60,955 nt of DNA, filler included, from Sphacelaria rigidula (GCA_964200075.2; 10 parts of 10 records of this genome joined end to end with filler, not necessarily neighbours in it), one strand, 5' to 3'. Shown: positions 1 through 12,585, counted from the first letter of the whole stretch. Numbers and translations are program-made. The notes: generated by a model from the letters alone, not told the origin.

Positions 1-1334
1 ACTCCTATGCGCCACACTAGCAACAGGCAGGTCACCACCATACGTATCTTTTTTCACTCTGCATGTCAAAAAGGTCTGCACAAGTGTTTGATCTCTCATA
101 CACTCACCCCAACTGGCGTGTGGCAGGCTTTTCTCGTCGGGCACCCAGAGGGTCAGATGTGGGTAAACTTAATGATGAATAACACCCCCCAACATCAATT
201 TTTTGATAGCACCGCGACCAGTTTGGGCGCCGTGCTCGTCCTTTGAGGATTTATTTTTTACAGGAAGTCGGGAAAGGCACGACACGGGTGTAATTCGTGC
301 GCAAAAAACATGGCACGGGCACGTTTCATCTCAACTCCCACCGGCGGGGTACTGTCAATTCTTTCACTACATGAGTTTTGATCTCCGACCCGTTGTCACG
401 GGGTGCGAGAAACTCACCACCGATGACCATGAAACCAAGAGTCGACAGAGGATGCCTTTGCACAAAAAACTGTACACGAAAACAATCACCCCGCCAAAAC
501 CAATCGAGCAACGAGGAACACACTGCAAGGGAGCAAATTACCGGCGTGCGATCTAGACGACCAAATTACCACCCCCTTCTGCATGTACATGTAGGAACAG
601 CAAACGCAGGAATCGACATGTCGCAGGCAGCGAGAATCACCCCGAAAAAGACTTGATAATATTGAAAAATATCCCAGGTTCAAGGAAACTAGGTGATGGC
701 TTCATCGACGAAACATCAACTGACTTGGCTCAGCATCAACATCAAGTGAGCTGATCACCCTAATATTAGTTCGGTGTAATTACCCAGAGCTAATTCAAGT
801 TCGAGAACCTCAAATCTACCCGCCCTTTTGCTTTCCCCCTCACACTTTCAACCCCCCCCTTCCTCGGAATGAGTTCGTGGTCTCGAGGGATCAACCCACC
901 TCTCCCCCGGTACGCGCCTTTCGTTTCGCTCTCGCGGATTGGGTCAGCACTTCCGCGCCGCGTCAACCCATGTCACACAATCCCAGTCGACTAATATTGC
1001 TTACCCACGTACTCACGTTTTCCACGGTGGAAATCGTACATAACGAAGAAGAAATCCAACCAATCGGGAATCGAACCCCCGTTCTCTCCGCCCCAATGGC
1101 AACAGTCGGATCAATACACCACCGGGGCGCTAGAAGCAGCTATTTCCGTGATATGTCGGGAGCAGTTTAGAACGAAGACAATATAAAACTGAGGACACAA
1201 CCAATGACCCCCAATCCTGGCCCCCGAAAAGTACTGGGAAAAAGAAGTTGGTTTGACAGCGTTTCTGTACAGAAGACTACACGACGCCGAAAGAACCGGA
1301 GCCCAAAACGAGAAAAAACGACGCCGCTGAAAAG

Positions 1335-2800
1335 TCACAGAGGCTGACGGAAGCTGACGTGGGTGATGTTGGATCTGACGAAGTTTGTCACGTCCCAAGT
1401 GTAGACATCTGGTTTTGGAGCGCAGCACGGTATCAAGAAGGTAGACAAGGGGAAGGTCAAGGAACGAGGAGACGTGAACAAGCGTGCAGGCTGAAGATTG
1501 CACTGAGGCATGTTGGACGAAATAAAGAAACAAAAGTCTGGTATCGACAAGAGCAATCATTGAAGGTGTGAGAGGGCAGGATGAAAATAAGACTACACAT
1601 AGTTGAGAGCGAGTTGAACAGGGACAAGGAATGGCCACTTGTGGTACTTACCGTCAGCGCCGGTTTAGCTTCCAGCTCCGCTCCTGGTGGCCGTGGGTCG
1701 GCTACCTTGTCGGGCCGTACTGTTTTTCTTCTCTTCGAGGGGAGGGGAGATCTTAGTTGGTGGCGTGAAGAGTTGGTTTCCGGGAGGGGACAGAGAGTTA
1801 TCACTGACCCGCGGTGCTTTGCGCGGTGTCGAATCGTCGTTTCTTGACGCATATGGCGCTTTCTCCTTGAACAAGCGCCGTTGGAAATCAGACAGGAGCG
1901 TGGCACGCGTGTCGTAGAAACAGAGGTCGCACCTTATGAAAGCTGGTTCGCCATTCCCCGCCGAGAGATCATGGAGTGTTTTTTGGGACAGGGTTGCTGT
2001 ACACTCGTAACACGGATGAGTGCACTCCTCGGCCGCTTTCACGAGGGTTTTTACGCACGCGCAGCCGTCCGCGTGGGCGTATACCCTGTCTTTACCGCCG
2101 GTAGGATCGGATATGCGGTGGTACGGGGTGCTGACCCCGATCTCGCCGCCACACGCTAAGCAGAGGAAGGGCAGCTGTTTTCTGGAGCCCTTCGGCACTG
2201 GTTTCGTATCCTGCGAGACAGAGATGTGGGTGTTGCAGGTGGAGCACCTGTCAACGCCGAACGAGTTGGGAGGAGGACGAAGCGACGGTTGCGGAAAGTT
2301 CAGCGAGAAAATAGTACGGAAGGAAAGATAGTTGTACTGTGAGCGAATGCGCGACGAACGGGTGTTGAAAGCACGATGTCAAGTAGCTTGACTAGGGAGG
2401 AAGTGGGATGAGAAGTTGCCTTCGGTTATCAGGATACTTCTCGATGAACCTGCACTGAGGAAACCACGGCCTCCACGTAAGTGTAGCATTCTGTACAAGC
2501 AAGTCTAGCATATAGGAGTGTATTATCACAAAGAAGGTGGGAGGTCCCCTCCTAGCGTCCCGTTCCTAACGTGTGCTGAATCGTGGGCTTGCAATGGTTG
2601 GCGCCAACTCCGGTGGGAAAGTACACCGAAAGCATCGAAGAAATGGGCTGGGTAGTGAGTCAGTTAAAATCCTATATCTTCGTTGCCATTTCTGGAGTTC
2701 AACTGGAAATGGGTACGAGAGCGCCAGTTGTCCAGTTCATGTGGAGGTGTTGCGCCGCTTGTCTATATCGAGTAATTTTCATCGTAGTTCAATGATGGGG
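1335..2800 (-). pseudogene. Degenerate Cys-rich, putative zinc-binding coding region of unknown family, possibly a TE accessory gene
   Basis: The open frame ~2378-1665 reads DRCSTCNTH...FLCLACGG...HADGCAC...ECTHPCYECT...RCDLCF. An upstream broken frame contains LACTECY. There is a GTAAGT donor at ~1651 and a candidate last exon ending at 1335. Several stops and frameshifts. Confidence 0.4.
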
Positions 2801-4192
2801 AGTTTGTAAGAAAGAAACACTGTGTACGATTAGACTGTAAGGTTGAAGTCAGCAGTCTACAGCAGTTCAGATCCCACGAACGTCGGTGGTACTCGGTTGT
2901 TCTGCAGTTTCTTTTATCGCCGACATCGGGTCGGTCGAAGGCTGGTCAGTCGAATGAGATAAACGAAAAAATGAAGAGGTGGGTCTCAGTCATGGTGGGA
3001 CGCTTGGTGCTCAAGTGCCGAACTCCATACCCCAATTCACACTTGCATGAAGATCGATGTGAACATGAAGCAGGGGATACTCACAATACGTCGAAGTAAT
3101 GTAGCAGATATGTACCTCATCCGAAGAAAAAAAAATCCGGTCACGGGCGATCACAAAACACACAAGCGTTCTATCGAATAATCTGCGGTGAGAAACTGGT
3201 TACTTCAATTGCCAAAGGTACTGCCAGGGTGTGGCATGTTTGTTCCGATCCCCAGGTCCCCAAGAAGAAGGTCTGCTGCTGGATGGTGTAGAGAAATGAT
3301 GTTCGAATCGCTACTACATTCCGAAGACATGTTAGAGCAGTACGAGGCTCGTATCAGCTCGCAGTAAGTGGTTACATTATTATTCACAACCAATTACGGT
3401 TACCGCAGGAAACAAAGGTCGAACACGGGAAACTTTTCTGACTCGGGCGACGCTCCTGAGCAGGACCCCCCACCAGCCGGGAGGGGCGATTAACTGGAAA
3501 AAGTGGATGGAGTGGCAACTGGCGCGGCAAGTGTTGACGGAACTGAACAGAGCTGATTGTTCACAGCCCCGAAAATAAGTTTGAGTTTCTGTGGCGTTAA
3601 GGTGCATTGGGTAGGGTACGAGAGTTTTCGTGGATCATACAGAAGTAGGGTGCTCCAAAGAATTTTAAAAGAAAAAAACTCCTCTGTTAGCCTTCCTCTG
3701 TGCGAAAAAAGTATTTTCAGGGCCTGCCTTCGCACTTTTCTTTTCGATCGAAAAAAATGAGGCGGTGGAATTGATTCGAGTGGAAAATTCTCGTTGTGAT
3801 GCAGTTGGATCCGGATGGATTTTGAAGCTTTCGATCGAAGAAAGTGAAAATCGTGAAACGGTACATGGCCACTCGTGTACAGTATGGACAGTCTGTACTG
3901 TCTGCACTGCTTGCAAGCAGGGTGTCTTGAGTGCGTGTGTGCGTGTTTCGTGCAGGAGAGTATAAAGGAGAAGCGGGCAACGTGCAGTGCAGACTGCCCA
4001 GGACTATCAATTTTCTCTGCTTACAATGCGACGTGAAAAGGACTTCATTCAGCAACGTGCAGCTTTATACTGCCTACTGCACTTTCCATGAGCGTGCACG
4101 CAACTTGGTCTGCAGTTCACAGCGATATGCTCAAGTCGAGCTGATTTGGTACACTTGAGGAGTTATGGTTGGAGATGCAAAGNNNNNNNNNN

Positions 4193-5200
4193 AAAATAAA
4201 GGCAAGCACCGCAGAAGGAAAATGGAGTACAAAAAACAAACAAAAAAAGAAACACTCATGTGTTGACCTTCCTCCTGTGTGACCCCGGCTGATGCGCCCA
4301 CATATACTGAAAGGTGTAGACCGGCGTCCAGAATAGATGAGACGACAACACACACACTACACAAAGTTCGAACATATGTCCCTTGAAGCCAACCCCCAGA
4401 ATGGATGAGACGACAACATACACAGGCAGTAGTGCAGCATTAAATTACCATCGCACCAGGATACGGCGTCAACACTTCTTATCCGCTTGTCAAACCCCGT
4501 GCAAAGCGCAGCTCTGCAAGCACAGACAGTTCAGCAGTGCAAGGTCGCACCTGTACAGTTTCCATTTGTCACCGTGTAAGCCGAAATACGTCTCCGCCGC
4601 CCGCGGACGTTGCGACCAGAAGCTCCCGTACGTTCATCGTTTGTCGACTGTCGACACGCGGAGAGTATTGTAGTTCGAATCAATCAGATTACGTACTTTA
4701 ACACCCCCTCCCATCTCAGCTGGCGTGTGGCGGCGGGAAGGGGCGGTAACCTGGCCGGTTGAATCACATATAGACATGGAACATTTTGGCGTGGTGGGTG
4801 GGGATATAGGGACGCCTCTTTTTCTCGAGGAGATACAAGCCCATACTACAGTGGAGAGCGACTTTGTCGCGGGTACACAAAATTCGACTCTACGGTCGAC
4901 GAGGGAAAGGGACTTCTGAACCCCTCTCGCGATAAAAAATAAAGGCAAGCGCCGCAGAAGGAAGGTGGAGTACTAAAAACAAACAAAAAAAAGAAAAACT
5001 CCTGTGTTGACCTTCCTCCTGTTTAACCCCGGCTGATACGCCCACATATGAACGTTTTGGCGTAGTGAGTGGGGGTAAAGGGACGCCTCTTTTCTCGAAG
5101 AGATACAAGCCCATACTACAGTGGAGAGCGACTATGTCGTGGGTACACAAAATTCGACTCTACGGTCGACGAGGGAAAGGGAGTGCTGAACTCCTCTCGC
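4193..5200 (+). mobile_element. Partial copies of the tRNA-derived SINE body (4193-4362, ~4845-5050, ~5115-5200)
   Basis: These match the reverse complement of the SINE at 58878-59245 (GGGTACACAAAATTCGAC, GGCAAGCACCGCAGAAGGAA, CCTTCCTCCTGTGTGACCCCG). Confidence 0.75.
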
Positions 5201-5470
5201 GTAAAGGCGCACCAAGATACGGCGTCAACACTTCTTATCCGCTTGTCAAACCCCGTGCAAAGCGCAGCTCTGCAAGCACAGACAGTTCAGCAGTGCAAGG
5301 TCGCACCTGTACAGTCTCCATTTGTCACCGTGTAAGCCGAAATACGTCTCCGCCGCCCGCGGACGTTGCGACCAGAAGCTCCCGTACGTTCATCGTTTGT
5401 CGACAGTCGACACGCGGAGAGTATTGTAGTTCGAATCAATCAGATCACGTACTTTAACATCCCATCTCAG
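4452..5470 (+). repeat. Near-identical ~255-bp direct repeat (4452-4705 and 5207-5462)
   Basis: CGCACCAxGATACGGCGTCAACAC...CAGATxACGTACTTTAACA occurs twice with few substitutions. Confidence 0.9.
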
Positions 5471-5629
5471 CCACGGACGGCGTCGGCGTGCACAAGCGAA
5501 AACAAAGAAGAAAGCAGCAATGAAGCGGAACCTTCTTGAGGGTTTCTAAAGTGATTCGGAGAGCCGGTTGCTGCGTGTGATGCCCCCAACCTCCTAAAGT
5601 GCCTCGTTTGAAGTTGCGACAGTCAAGCC

Positions 5630-5932
5630 TGAGAAGTTCAATCAAGACCAGCCGTGGTCAAAAGGGGTCGAGTTGGGCTGTTCTTGAGACCGCTCACAGA
5701 CAGAAGCGAAACACAACGCCATGAGCACCGATGAAGCTGAAACTTGTTGAAGATGTCTCGATTGATGAAAGAAGAGCGATGGGATGGTTTTTTCGCGCAG
5801 CGCGGCTTCGAATCCATTCGAGAAAACAAAGTGCGTGGTTCTGGCCTTCGTTGTGAGAGCGGACGGATAGGATAGGATAGGACACTTTTTGAAATTCGGT
5901 CCAGTAGAACCCTTTACGGCCTAGGGCCTCAA
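5630..5932 (-). mobile_element. ~300-bp interspersed repeat (MITE-like), shared with 23941-24238
   Basis: Its reverse complement aligns with 23941-24238 in another contig (CATCGCTCTT, TTTCAGCTTCAT.GGTGCTCATGGC, GATTGAACTTCT). Confidence 0.75.
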
Positions 5933-6006
5933 AGGAATTGAATCTATTTGTTATGGCCGAGCCACCGCCCTTGCTGGCATGTGTGTGACAGAGAACAGTA
6001 GTAGCG

Positions 6007-6106
6007 NNNNNNNNNNNNNNNNNNNNNNNNNNNNNNNNNNNNNNNNNNNNTTAATTAATTAANNNNNNNNNNNNNNNNNNNNNNNNNNNNNNNNNNNNNN
6101 NNNNNN
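6007..6106. other. Artificial contig-joining spacer (N44-TTAATTAATTAA-N44); identical spacers at 12113-12212, 18219-18318, 24325-24424, 30431-30530, 36536-36635, 42641-42740, 48746-48845, 54851-54950
   Basis: Nine identical 100-bp spacers whose 12-mer gives stops in all six frames. The segments between them are 6006 or 6005 bp, in descending order. Confidence 0.99.
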
Positions 6107-6199
6107 GATTCATTCACTGATTGACCGCTTTTCACTCTCAATCGTATCATCTATTCTCAATCTCACGAAAACACTGTTTCAGACGTCTCGCCACTGTCA

Positions 6200-7270
6200 A
6201 GGCGTACGCATGCCCGTATGCCGTCGTGGAACCAGTGGAAGACTTCAATAATCCTGGCAGGAATACTATAGCATGCTAGCCTCTTTCAGAGTAGCTAGAG
6301 AGCGTTCCACTGAGTCGTTTTGCCTTCGGAGGTAAATGATGCACATGCACAGTGGAAGATTCTTCTCTCTGGCCCAGTTCTCAGAGTCTGCGCACAACGT
6401 ATATCATGTCGACTGTCGACCGGCCGGATCAGAAGCCGCATTGAGCTCCTGAGAGGATCCCCTTCAACTCGCAGTAGGCGCTCAGACGAGTCGCAACTAT
6501 CTTGATAACTACTTGTCCTCGTGGGGCAATATTGAAATACCGCGGTAGTTGCCGCATGCGTGTGGGTCCTGTTTCTTTAAAAGCGTTTTGATTATGGTGT
6601 CGTTCCATTCCTGTGGCACTACTTCCTCACACCACACGGTGAGCACGATGTTGCAGAGGCATCTCATGATGACAGCCCTCGGTGCGGCCGAGCTTCAACA
6701 GTTCACCACAGATGTTGTCCGTCCTAATGGCCCTGCTGTTCACCAGCTTGCCCACCGCTTGCTTCACTTCTTCCATCGAGGGCTGAGTGATTCTCCGGTA
6801 GGGGTGTACAACAGTTTTTCGAGGCGCTACTCTGTCGGCGCCTCTCGATGACAAACATCTGGGTCTTAGTGTGCAGCCTCAGAAAACGTTCGGACTAAAA
6901 CGTGCACCCTTGCCGTAGAATCCCTCAGCTTAGCCGCGAGCGCGGTGCGCGCTCCGGCATCTGTTTGATGAGATCGATGACAGAGTGGTCGATCGTGGGC
7001 GAGGTCACGTTCGGAAGTTTTCAAGCAACTCCTTCCAAAGTCGCAGGGTAACTTGCTTGTTCCGCAACAGCTTGCCAGTCGCGCTTCTTACGTAGGTTGA
7101 GCCGCATCCCTTCTTTCTTTCCAATTCCAAGGAGTTGGTGTGCTGGTACAGTCCTGCTTGATCGTTCTTGCGAACGAACGCTGCTGTCCCGACGGTGAAC
7201 TCGTGAACGAAGCTCTGCAGCTTAGCAACCTTCATCCGTTTGAACGCTTTGTACGTCACCTTCAGCGCCG
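6200..7270 (-). pseudogene. Decayed RTE-like LINE ORF2 (linker and N-terminal reverse transcriptase)
   Basis: Across frameshifts and stops: YVRSATGKLLRNK..RLW; PSMEEVKQAVGKLVNSRA..DNICGELLKLG; IKTLLKKQDPHACGNYRGISIL; IVATRLSAYCELKGILSGAQCGF*SGRSTVDMIYVVRRL. Confidence 0.9.
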
Positions 7271-7288
7271 TTCAACAGCCGATCATCG

Positions 7289-8004
7289 AAATTATTGAGG
7301 ATGAAGCTTCCCATTGAGGACGAGAACCCGGAGGATTAAAATCTTCGTATCCACACCAAAAAATCTTCGAAATATGGTCCTGTCACCTTCGCGTACTGGT
7401 AGCTATTGAGGACTATCAATGTTTCCGTGAGATTGAGAATAAAGGATATGATTGAGAGTGAAAAGCGGTCAATTAGTGAATTAATCGTTTCAGTTCCGAA
7501 CTGCCCATCCACGAGGTCCGATATGTTTTCTGTAGCAGCTCGCCACTGCGGCCTTTGATATCCCTGAGCAGGATATCGACATGTAGCTGTAAGCACACGC
7601 CAGGGATGGAGGCAAAGAAAAGAACACACGGAATGACAAAATGGCTAAGTTAGAGCGAATGATCAAAGCCACTCTCAGTCAGCACTCTACTTTCAATCTC
7701 ACGAAACGTTGTTAACTGCTACACGCTTTATGAACTTGGATTTCGATAACCGAAATGTTGGAGTCCTCGGAGAAGAAACATTTTTCGGGGAATTTCGGCG
7801 ATCCGATTGGGCGCCACTCTTGGTTTTTCACCCAGGATCCCGATATTTCGGTCATCGAAATCCAAATTTGTATGGCGTGTAGCAGTTCTCAATAGCTACC
7901 AGCAAGTGAAGAAATGGAAGTACACTTCGAATATTTGGTGTGCATACGAACATTTTAATTCTCCGGGTTTTCATCCCCAATAAAAGATCCATCCGCAATT
8001 ATTT
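7289..8004. mobile_element. Fold-back MITE with long inverted arms, interrupted by a nested MITE
   Basis: 7289-7413 plus 7714-7770 is the diverged reverse complement of ~7835-8004. Related sequence occurs at 48675-48745. Confidence 0.8.
7414..7713. mobile_element. ~300-bp MITE family A (full copy also at 25678-25978; partial copies at 6107-6180 and ~9370-9485)
   Basis: Imperfect TIRs (TTTCCGTGAGATTGAG...CAATCTCACGAAACGTTG) and colinear similarity with 25678-25978. Confidence 0.8.
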
Positions 8005-9689
8005 GTAAAACCCCATGTTTGAGGCGAAAACTTCGCTTGCTTGGTCGTTCTCGGTTCTCTTTGCACAGAACAAGGAAAACTTGGTTCGTTGCGTTACGGC
8101 AATGTGCTGCGCAGCGTGCGACAGGAGACTGCTGTGTTCGGCCGGGACTTCGTCGGCAACCTTTTGGAAAATCGGACCCAGGCCCTCCCTCCCTCTCTAC
8201 GTGAAAAAAATACTCCTTTTACTTTTTCCGTTGAGACCCTTATTGAGTTATGTAGCGATTGATCGCGAGTCGGAGTAAGAATCTTACACAAATGTGAACC
8301 CTCTGATGTGGCCGCCGTGTATTTTCAACCGGCCACTGATGAGCGACCGCCTGCAGCAGGACGGATAAGCTAGCGGAGAGGCTGCTTCGGCCGGTAAGAT
8401 TTTTGAGTGCTTTGATGAATGGAAGCAGGCATTGATTTCGGACCTGGTGTCTACCCAATTAGCTGCAGTCTACCCAATTGGCTGCAGTGTGGTTATCACC
8501 ACTCGGTAGGATGACTCTTCGAAGAAATGGTACGTTCTGCTCTGTAGGGTATACCGAGAGCAATTTAAATTCAGAAATTTAAAAGCGGTGCCCCTTCGGT
8601 GATACCTTTCCTTCCGAGCCGTCGTGGATTGTTCGGAAGACGGCTCGAAACCCTTCTGAACCATACCGTAGTGCATTGTTCCCAGGCGTGTCGGTATGGT
8701 TGAGGTGGTACACCATTTATTATGAGGACAAAGCCCGAATCGGCACAGACGCAAAATCGGTGTGACTCATCATGCTTGCGAACGTTAGATCTGCAGGGGT
8801 CTCAATTTGGGGGAGGCACTGGGTCCACCGATAGGGGCAAGACGTATGAGTGGAAAGGTTTTCCGACAAATTATGGTCTTTGAATACAACAAAATGCGGC
8901 GCGACCTTTCTTCAATCAGATTAGAAAAACGAGTGGAATATGAGTCAAAAAGTAGCTTTGATTGGCCCACACATTGTGCCGCTGCGAGGCAGACAGCTGC
9001 TACCGTCAACAAACGAGGATACAGCATACAGCAGATCCCGTGCTGGCTCAGTTCATTTACCCCAACCTGCACGCACCCGCCTTGCGTGTCTTCCCCGATC
9101 ACAGCACCCGACTATAACTGAAGTACCAGTCAGGAAGATGCAGCAGACAGCTGCACAGCCGTCACGTGAAGATTGGTTCAACCTTCCTTTGTCTGGACGG
9201 GACTTTGATCCCACCCCAATTCTGTGCAGACCGGAACACAGCATGCAGCCGTACAACTGCTCAGGCACTCTCCAGCGCACATCGCACCGTGACCGTCGTG
9301 GAGTGTTCGAATGCACAACAGCACAACGACAACTACAGCATAGAAATAATAGGTTTGAGAAGCGCCAGCGTGTCGGGCCTTGTGGAGAGGCATTTCGGAA
9401 CTGAAACTATTCATTCATTAATTGATCGCTTCTTATTCTCAATCGTATCCTCTATTCTGAATCTCACGAAAATATTGTTTACAGTGCAATAAACTCTACC
9501 ATCACCTTACGCAAAAATGTCGTGCAGTCATACATAATGGTGCACTCAGTACTGCGAGAACAGTATATGAGAATAGTACTGAACGCGTGCAGTGCCACCC
9601 TGAATGTACAACACATTTATTGGTGTGAATGGGGGGGGCGCGATTATGGGCATCATTTATCGGCAAAATGGACCGACCAGTATTATTAC

Positions 9690-9860
9690 AAGCCTTGACT
9701 CCTTCTGCGGCCGCAGAACAAACAGATTGCGGTTTTTATGCGCAGAAAAACGGCTGCGAAAAAAGCAGTAGGAAAACCACAATATGTCGCCTGTTTTAAC
9801 AAAATACAGCAGATTTTAGAGAGGATGAAGCATGATTGGCGGAGATTTTCAGCACATTCA
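9690..9860 (+). repeat. Interspersed repeat shared with 41815-41985
   Basis: CTGCGGCCGCAGAA...GCGCAGAAAAACGG.CGCGAA...AGATTTT..AGAGGAT occurs in two contigs. Confidence 0.65.
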
Positions 9861-10191
9861 GCAGATTCTAGAGAGAATGGAGCATAATCAATTGGAGCAT
9901 AAATGATTTGCTCCTCTCATGAATGTGGAATATTTACTACTAATCGGAATATCAAATTTGACGCAACGGAAGTCCAAACCAGACCGTAACACGCACACGT
10001 GTGCATGTGTTCCTTGCTTCTACTTTATTCCCTACTACACGCCTCCTCTCATTTCCTCTGGGATCGTGCCATACGCAACGCCCGAAGCCTGTCCCTCCCG
10101 GTCCGACTACGGTATTAATGTATAATTTACGCGGTCGTGAAAACACGAAATGACCAGATATAACTATTGTAAACCCACACTTATCTCTGTG

Positions 10192-10230
10192 TTTTATTTT
10201 TATTTTTATTTTTATTTTTATTTTTTATTT
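10192..10230 (+). repeat. (TTTTTA)n microsatellite
   Basis: Read directly from the sequence. Confidence 0.9.
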
Positions 10231-11413
10231 CATGGTGATGAACGTACCACCCGTCGGAATACTGTTGTTCTCGCCACCCCACATTAGTGCTCGATCGCTG
10301 CCGCCACCCCATGCCGTACCGCGACCGGGCTGGACACCTCCAGCTACTACATCTTCTGCCAACGTTTTCGATACTTCTCCCGAGTCTTCTCAGTTGGCTC
10401 GAACGTATGCCACAAATGCCCCACTACGCCAGCGCCCTTCTCTCTGAATTACTGCAGATTGTAAACCTGCTGCCGCCAGTCTGGTAGCTCCTCCAATTCG
10501 CCCAGAACGTAAAGCGTACTCCAGAAGTTGTAAACCCTGATATTGAACTAATGCTCTCGAAGCGAAAATGGCCTGACTGGGCGTCCACACTGCCCACATT
10601 GTTCCTGATGGATACGCCGCCAGAGGCACTTCCGCCCCTAGGGTTGGGTACATCAGCATCAATTCCCGCACTGTCTTGAAGCCTCCCCCACCTTCTCCCA
10701 ATAAATTACCCACCGTCTGTGGCTGCGTGTATCCCAGTTTATCAGTGCATGGTTTGAGCAGCACCGCCCCTTTTCGACCCTTATCGCTTTCGCTTGCCCT
10801 AAAACGGATTTCTACGCAATCCGCGTGGTGCCAGTCACCTATGTGCTCGCATTGAGTGCCGTTTCGCTTGAATGCGATGCCACCTCTCGTTAGACCGAAA
10901 TCCTTGTGGATGTTTCCGTTGCCGTACGCGAATAACTCGGATGCTCTGCACAGAAAGAAATATGATATGCATAGCCATAGCCACAACTCCTCGCCGCCCA
11001 CTCCCCATTCTGCCGCCAAGACGCTGCCCCGTTGCAACATGACCCATGCTAGTGAGCGCCGTATGTGGCTGCCTTCGGCTTGCAAATTACTCTCACGCCC
11101 TATACCTGCTTTTACTGCCCTCAGGAAATGGTGCCGCAGCGGAAATTCACTTCCGACCAAGCGGGGAAAATATTGCACAGCAGATAACCCACCGATTGCG
11201 TTGGATAGTTTATTTCCCCTTGCACAATATAGGTACGCCAAGAATTCACCTAGCTTCATAGCAATTGCTTCTACTCCTTCTGGAATATCTATGAAACGGG
11301 GTTTGCCCACCACTAGACTGCGCCACTGTCTCCACATCGTGAAAATTCCCTCGCAAGGGGCCAAAGATGATGGAATTCCGACGCGTGAGAGAATCGTCGC
11401 AAGACTTCCGATT
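10225..11413 (-). pseudogene. Tyrosine recombinase of a DIRS/Ngaro-like retrotransposon or Crypton, degenerate
   Basis: ORF 10390-11364 has an N-terminal helical region (EFLAYLY...LSAVQYF), box I YFFLCRASEL and box II LRSGRIGGATRLAAAG...IQREGRWRSGAFVAYVR. The HxxR His is Arg here. The frame continues past the TGA at 10390-10392 as EDSGEVSKTL...QPGRGTAWG. Confidence 0.9.
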
Positions 11414-12585
11414 TAACGAGGATATGGGAATGTGGATCGATCCAACTCCAACTGCGTTCAAGATGCTGACGTCCGTGGCGTCTTCATACGCTGAGTAGTT
11501 CAGGCACAAGTCCGATGAAACGGAACCCAACTCAGGGTTAGGAAACGGAAGTAGACACCCTGCCCCATAACGACCAAGGTTACAGAACACAGCCGTACGA
11601 CAGATATCATGAGTGGGGCGATGACAGATGTCGTGAGCGCCCGCGACAGCGCTGGTGATGACAGCTCGTTTGCGAGGGTGACCCAAGGCTACGAGGAAGA
11701 CCTGGAGGCGAACGGGGGAGTCGAGACACAAGTCGACATGGCCTATGATGACGCGAAAGGGTGAGAGTCGGCCGCTCAAGCAGCCGCTACAAGAACTTGA
11801 CAAAATGGCCACCCAACGTGAAGCTCGCGTCAGCTCACGCAGGTACACCGCCGTTGGGGGGGCATTTTGTCGGGGTCTTCGTAGCGGCTGCATGCGACGC
11901 ACACTTCCGCCCTTCCGCGCCATCTCTAGCTAGGTTGACACGTGTCTCTGTTCCCTCGTTCGCCTCCACACAGCAAGGATTACTGCGTAGTGAACCTTTA
12001 TCGAGACTGACTATACCGTAATTGTGCGAGCCATCGCACACGCCCTTGACCGAATTTCAAAGCTCGATTGCTCCATGACGAAGAGGGTACCAACACCAAA
12101 CGACGCGTTTTCNNNNNNNNNNNNNNNNNNNNNNNNNNNNNNNNNNNNNNNNNNNNTTAATTAATTAANNNNNNNNNNNNNNNNNNNNNNNNNNNNNNNN
12201 NNNNNNNNNNNNAGACGGAAAGAGAGACAAGCGACCGCGGCCGGGCGACGATGCCGCCACCGTCTGGGGGGCTTAGCAGAGGCCAGGGCATGGATCAGAA
12301 ATGCTTTGGAACCTAGGTTTTTGCGTGATAAGTATAGCAGTATCGATTTGAGTTCGGCATGTTTTTGTTTTGGAATTTTCTACACCGTGCCACACCCGTA
12401 CCAAGGCATCCTCGTGCCCTTATTGCAAGTACGCGTGTGGTACATACTCCTGTAGTTGCGTTTTTATGTGTGTTCTGAGTTCTTTTCCCCCAAATTTGGT
12501 ACCGTAATTTGGATTTGATTTTTTCAGTTCGACCCTCCACATGACTGCACCGCTTTTGTAATTCTGCAGTCGGGAAAGAAATCAT

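Noticed and set aside
6051..6062. Regularly spaced TTAATTAATTAA as a biological repeat or array
   Set aside because: It is an assembly linker embedded in N runs. ORFs ending in X...LIN are artefacts of it.
8290..9120. Possible transposase remnant (IPTRLG resembling TRW)
   Set aside because: A single weak motif; the flanking frames do not support it.
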